Assembly: GCA_046706365.1 (NCBI GenBank)
Contig: JBJKPN010000185.1
Span: 1,113-65,112, forward strand
Direction: 5' to 3'
Length of the DNA stretch: 64,000 nt
Origin: Candidatus Kryptoniota bacterium
GTDB lineage: Bacteria; Bacteroidota; Ignavibacteria; Kryptoniales; JAKASW01
The notes beneath the pieces were generated by a model. The model did no database searches. It worked only from the letters and a program-made list of their open reading frames with translations, and was not told where the DNA came from. Positions within the stretch are counted from its first letter, which is position 1. Each line of letters begins with the position of its first letter. This document shows positions 63,474-64,000 of this stretch, piece after piece. Position numbers and translations under genes: made by a program.

Positions 63474-64000
63474 TTATTTGAACTTGAAATAACCCGTGAT
63501 GAGCAGGTCCGCACCGTATTGCGGTGCTTCCGTGATTCGAGCCTCAGCCGATCCGGGTAAGTTCGTCAACTCGATTCCGTCTGCGAAACTCTTACCTTTT
63601 CCCATGATTTTCGGTGCGATGAAAATGTGGAATTTGTCGGCCGCATGCTGTTTTATAAATTGTGAAAAGACGTCCGAACCGCCTTCGACCATCACAGAGC
63701 TGATTCCGAGCTCGGCCAACTTTCTGAGCGCGGCCTTGATAGAGATTCTTCCCTGCGAGTTCACTCTTGCGGCAAAGGTCTCGGTTCCCTTTTCCTCCAG
63801 GCGCCGGAGTCTTGTTTGTATCGCTTTCGAATTACCCGCCGCGGCCGCCGAGTAGAAAACTATCGTCCTCCCGCCTGTGAAAACCCGTGAATGGGGATCC
63901 GACGACAACCTGCCGTCGAGAATAACCTTAACAGGAGAGCGGCCCTTCCCGTAACGCACGTTCAATTGCGGGTCGTCAGCCCGTATGGTGCCCGCTCCCA
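63474..64000 (-). CDS. ribD: riboflavin biosynthesis protein RibD, C-terminal reductase domain (5' part lies right of the window)
   Basis: The frame stays open to the window edge (..TIRADDPQLNVRY..). The sequence ...VMVEGGSDVFSQFI......DKFHIFIAPKIMG is the RibD_C pattern. Confidence 0.8.
   Translation of the reverse strand, partial: GAGTIRADDPQLNVRYGKGRSPVKVILDGRLSSDPHSRVFTGGRTIVFYSAAAAGNSKAIQTRLRRLEEKGTETFAARVNSQGRISIKAALRKLAELGISSVMVEGGSDVFSQFIKQHAADKFHIFIAPKIMGKGKSFADGIELTNLPGSAEARITEAPQYGADLLITGYFKFK

Overview
This is a 64-kb stretch of a diderm (Gram-negative-type) bacterial chromosome. It is about 90% coding and consists mostly of minus-strand housekeeping operons joined by overlapping stop and start codons. 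The gene content includes LpxH, KdtA, a GT9 heptosyltransferase, Omp85-type barrels, a TPR/DUF4292/M23 envelope cluster, a futalosine-type Mqn protein and a detached atpDC pair. That content suggests an FCB-group (Ignavibacteria/Bacteroidota-like) organism, but this is inference only. Genes recognised, in order: hisD (partial), a composite protease/propeller/barrel outer-membrane protein, a CNNM/CorC protein, VanZ, nnr, nuoJKLMN, a methyltransferase, an SDR, PBP1A, lpxH, an MFS transporter, nusB, an ECF sigma/anti-sigma/periplasmic trio, acpS, aroQ, an Mqn-family protein, nth, two ferredoxins, polX, tRNA-Pro, PhyH, a vWA/MBL/AAA+ trio, GT9, purC, apt, lepA, two lepB copies, hemW, a nicotinate phosphoribosyltransferase, an ABC transporter, waaA, atpDC, htrA, bcp, ribE and ribD (partial). 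I found no CRISPR array, transposase, integrase, toxin-antitoxin pair or recognisable defence gene. The clearly anomalous locus is 33.34-33.80 kb. There, tRNA-Pro(CGG) is followed by a decaying head-to-tail array (141-nt period) that re-copies the tRNA's variable loop, T-arm and 3' acceptor strand. Each copy is split inside the T-loop by an identical 42-nt hairpin-forming insert. Secondary curiosities are a ubiquitin-like 85-aa ORF wedged between two ferredoxins in a PolX operon, an AAA+/MBL/vWA trio, a 147-nt inverted-repeat-bounded element, an 826-bp gene-free gap, and a likely non-canonical start codon. All functional calls come from motif reading by eye; no database searches were possible.
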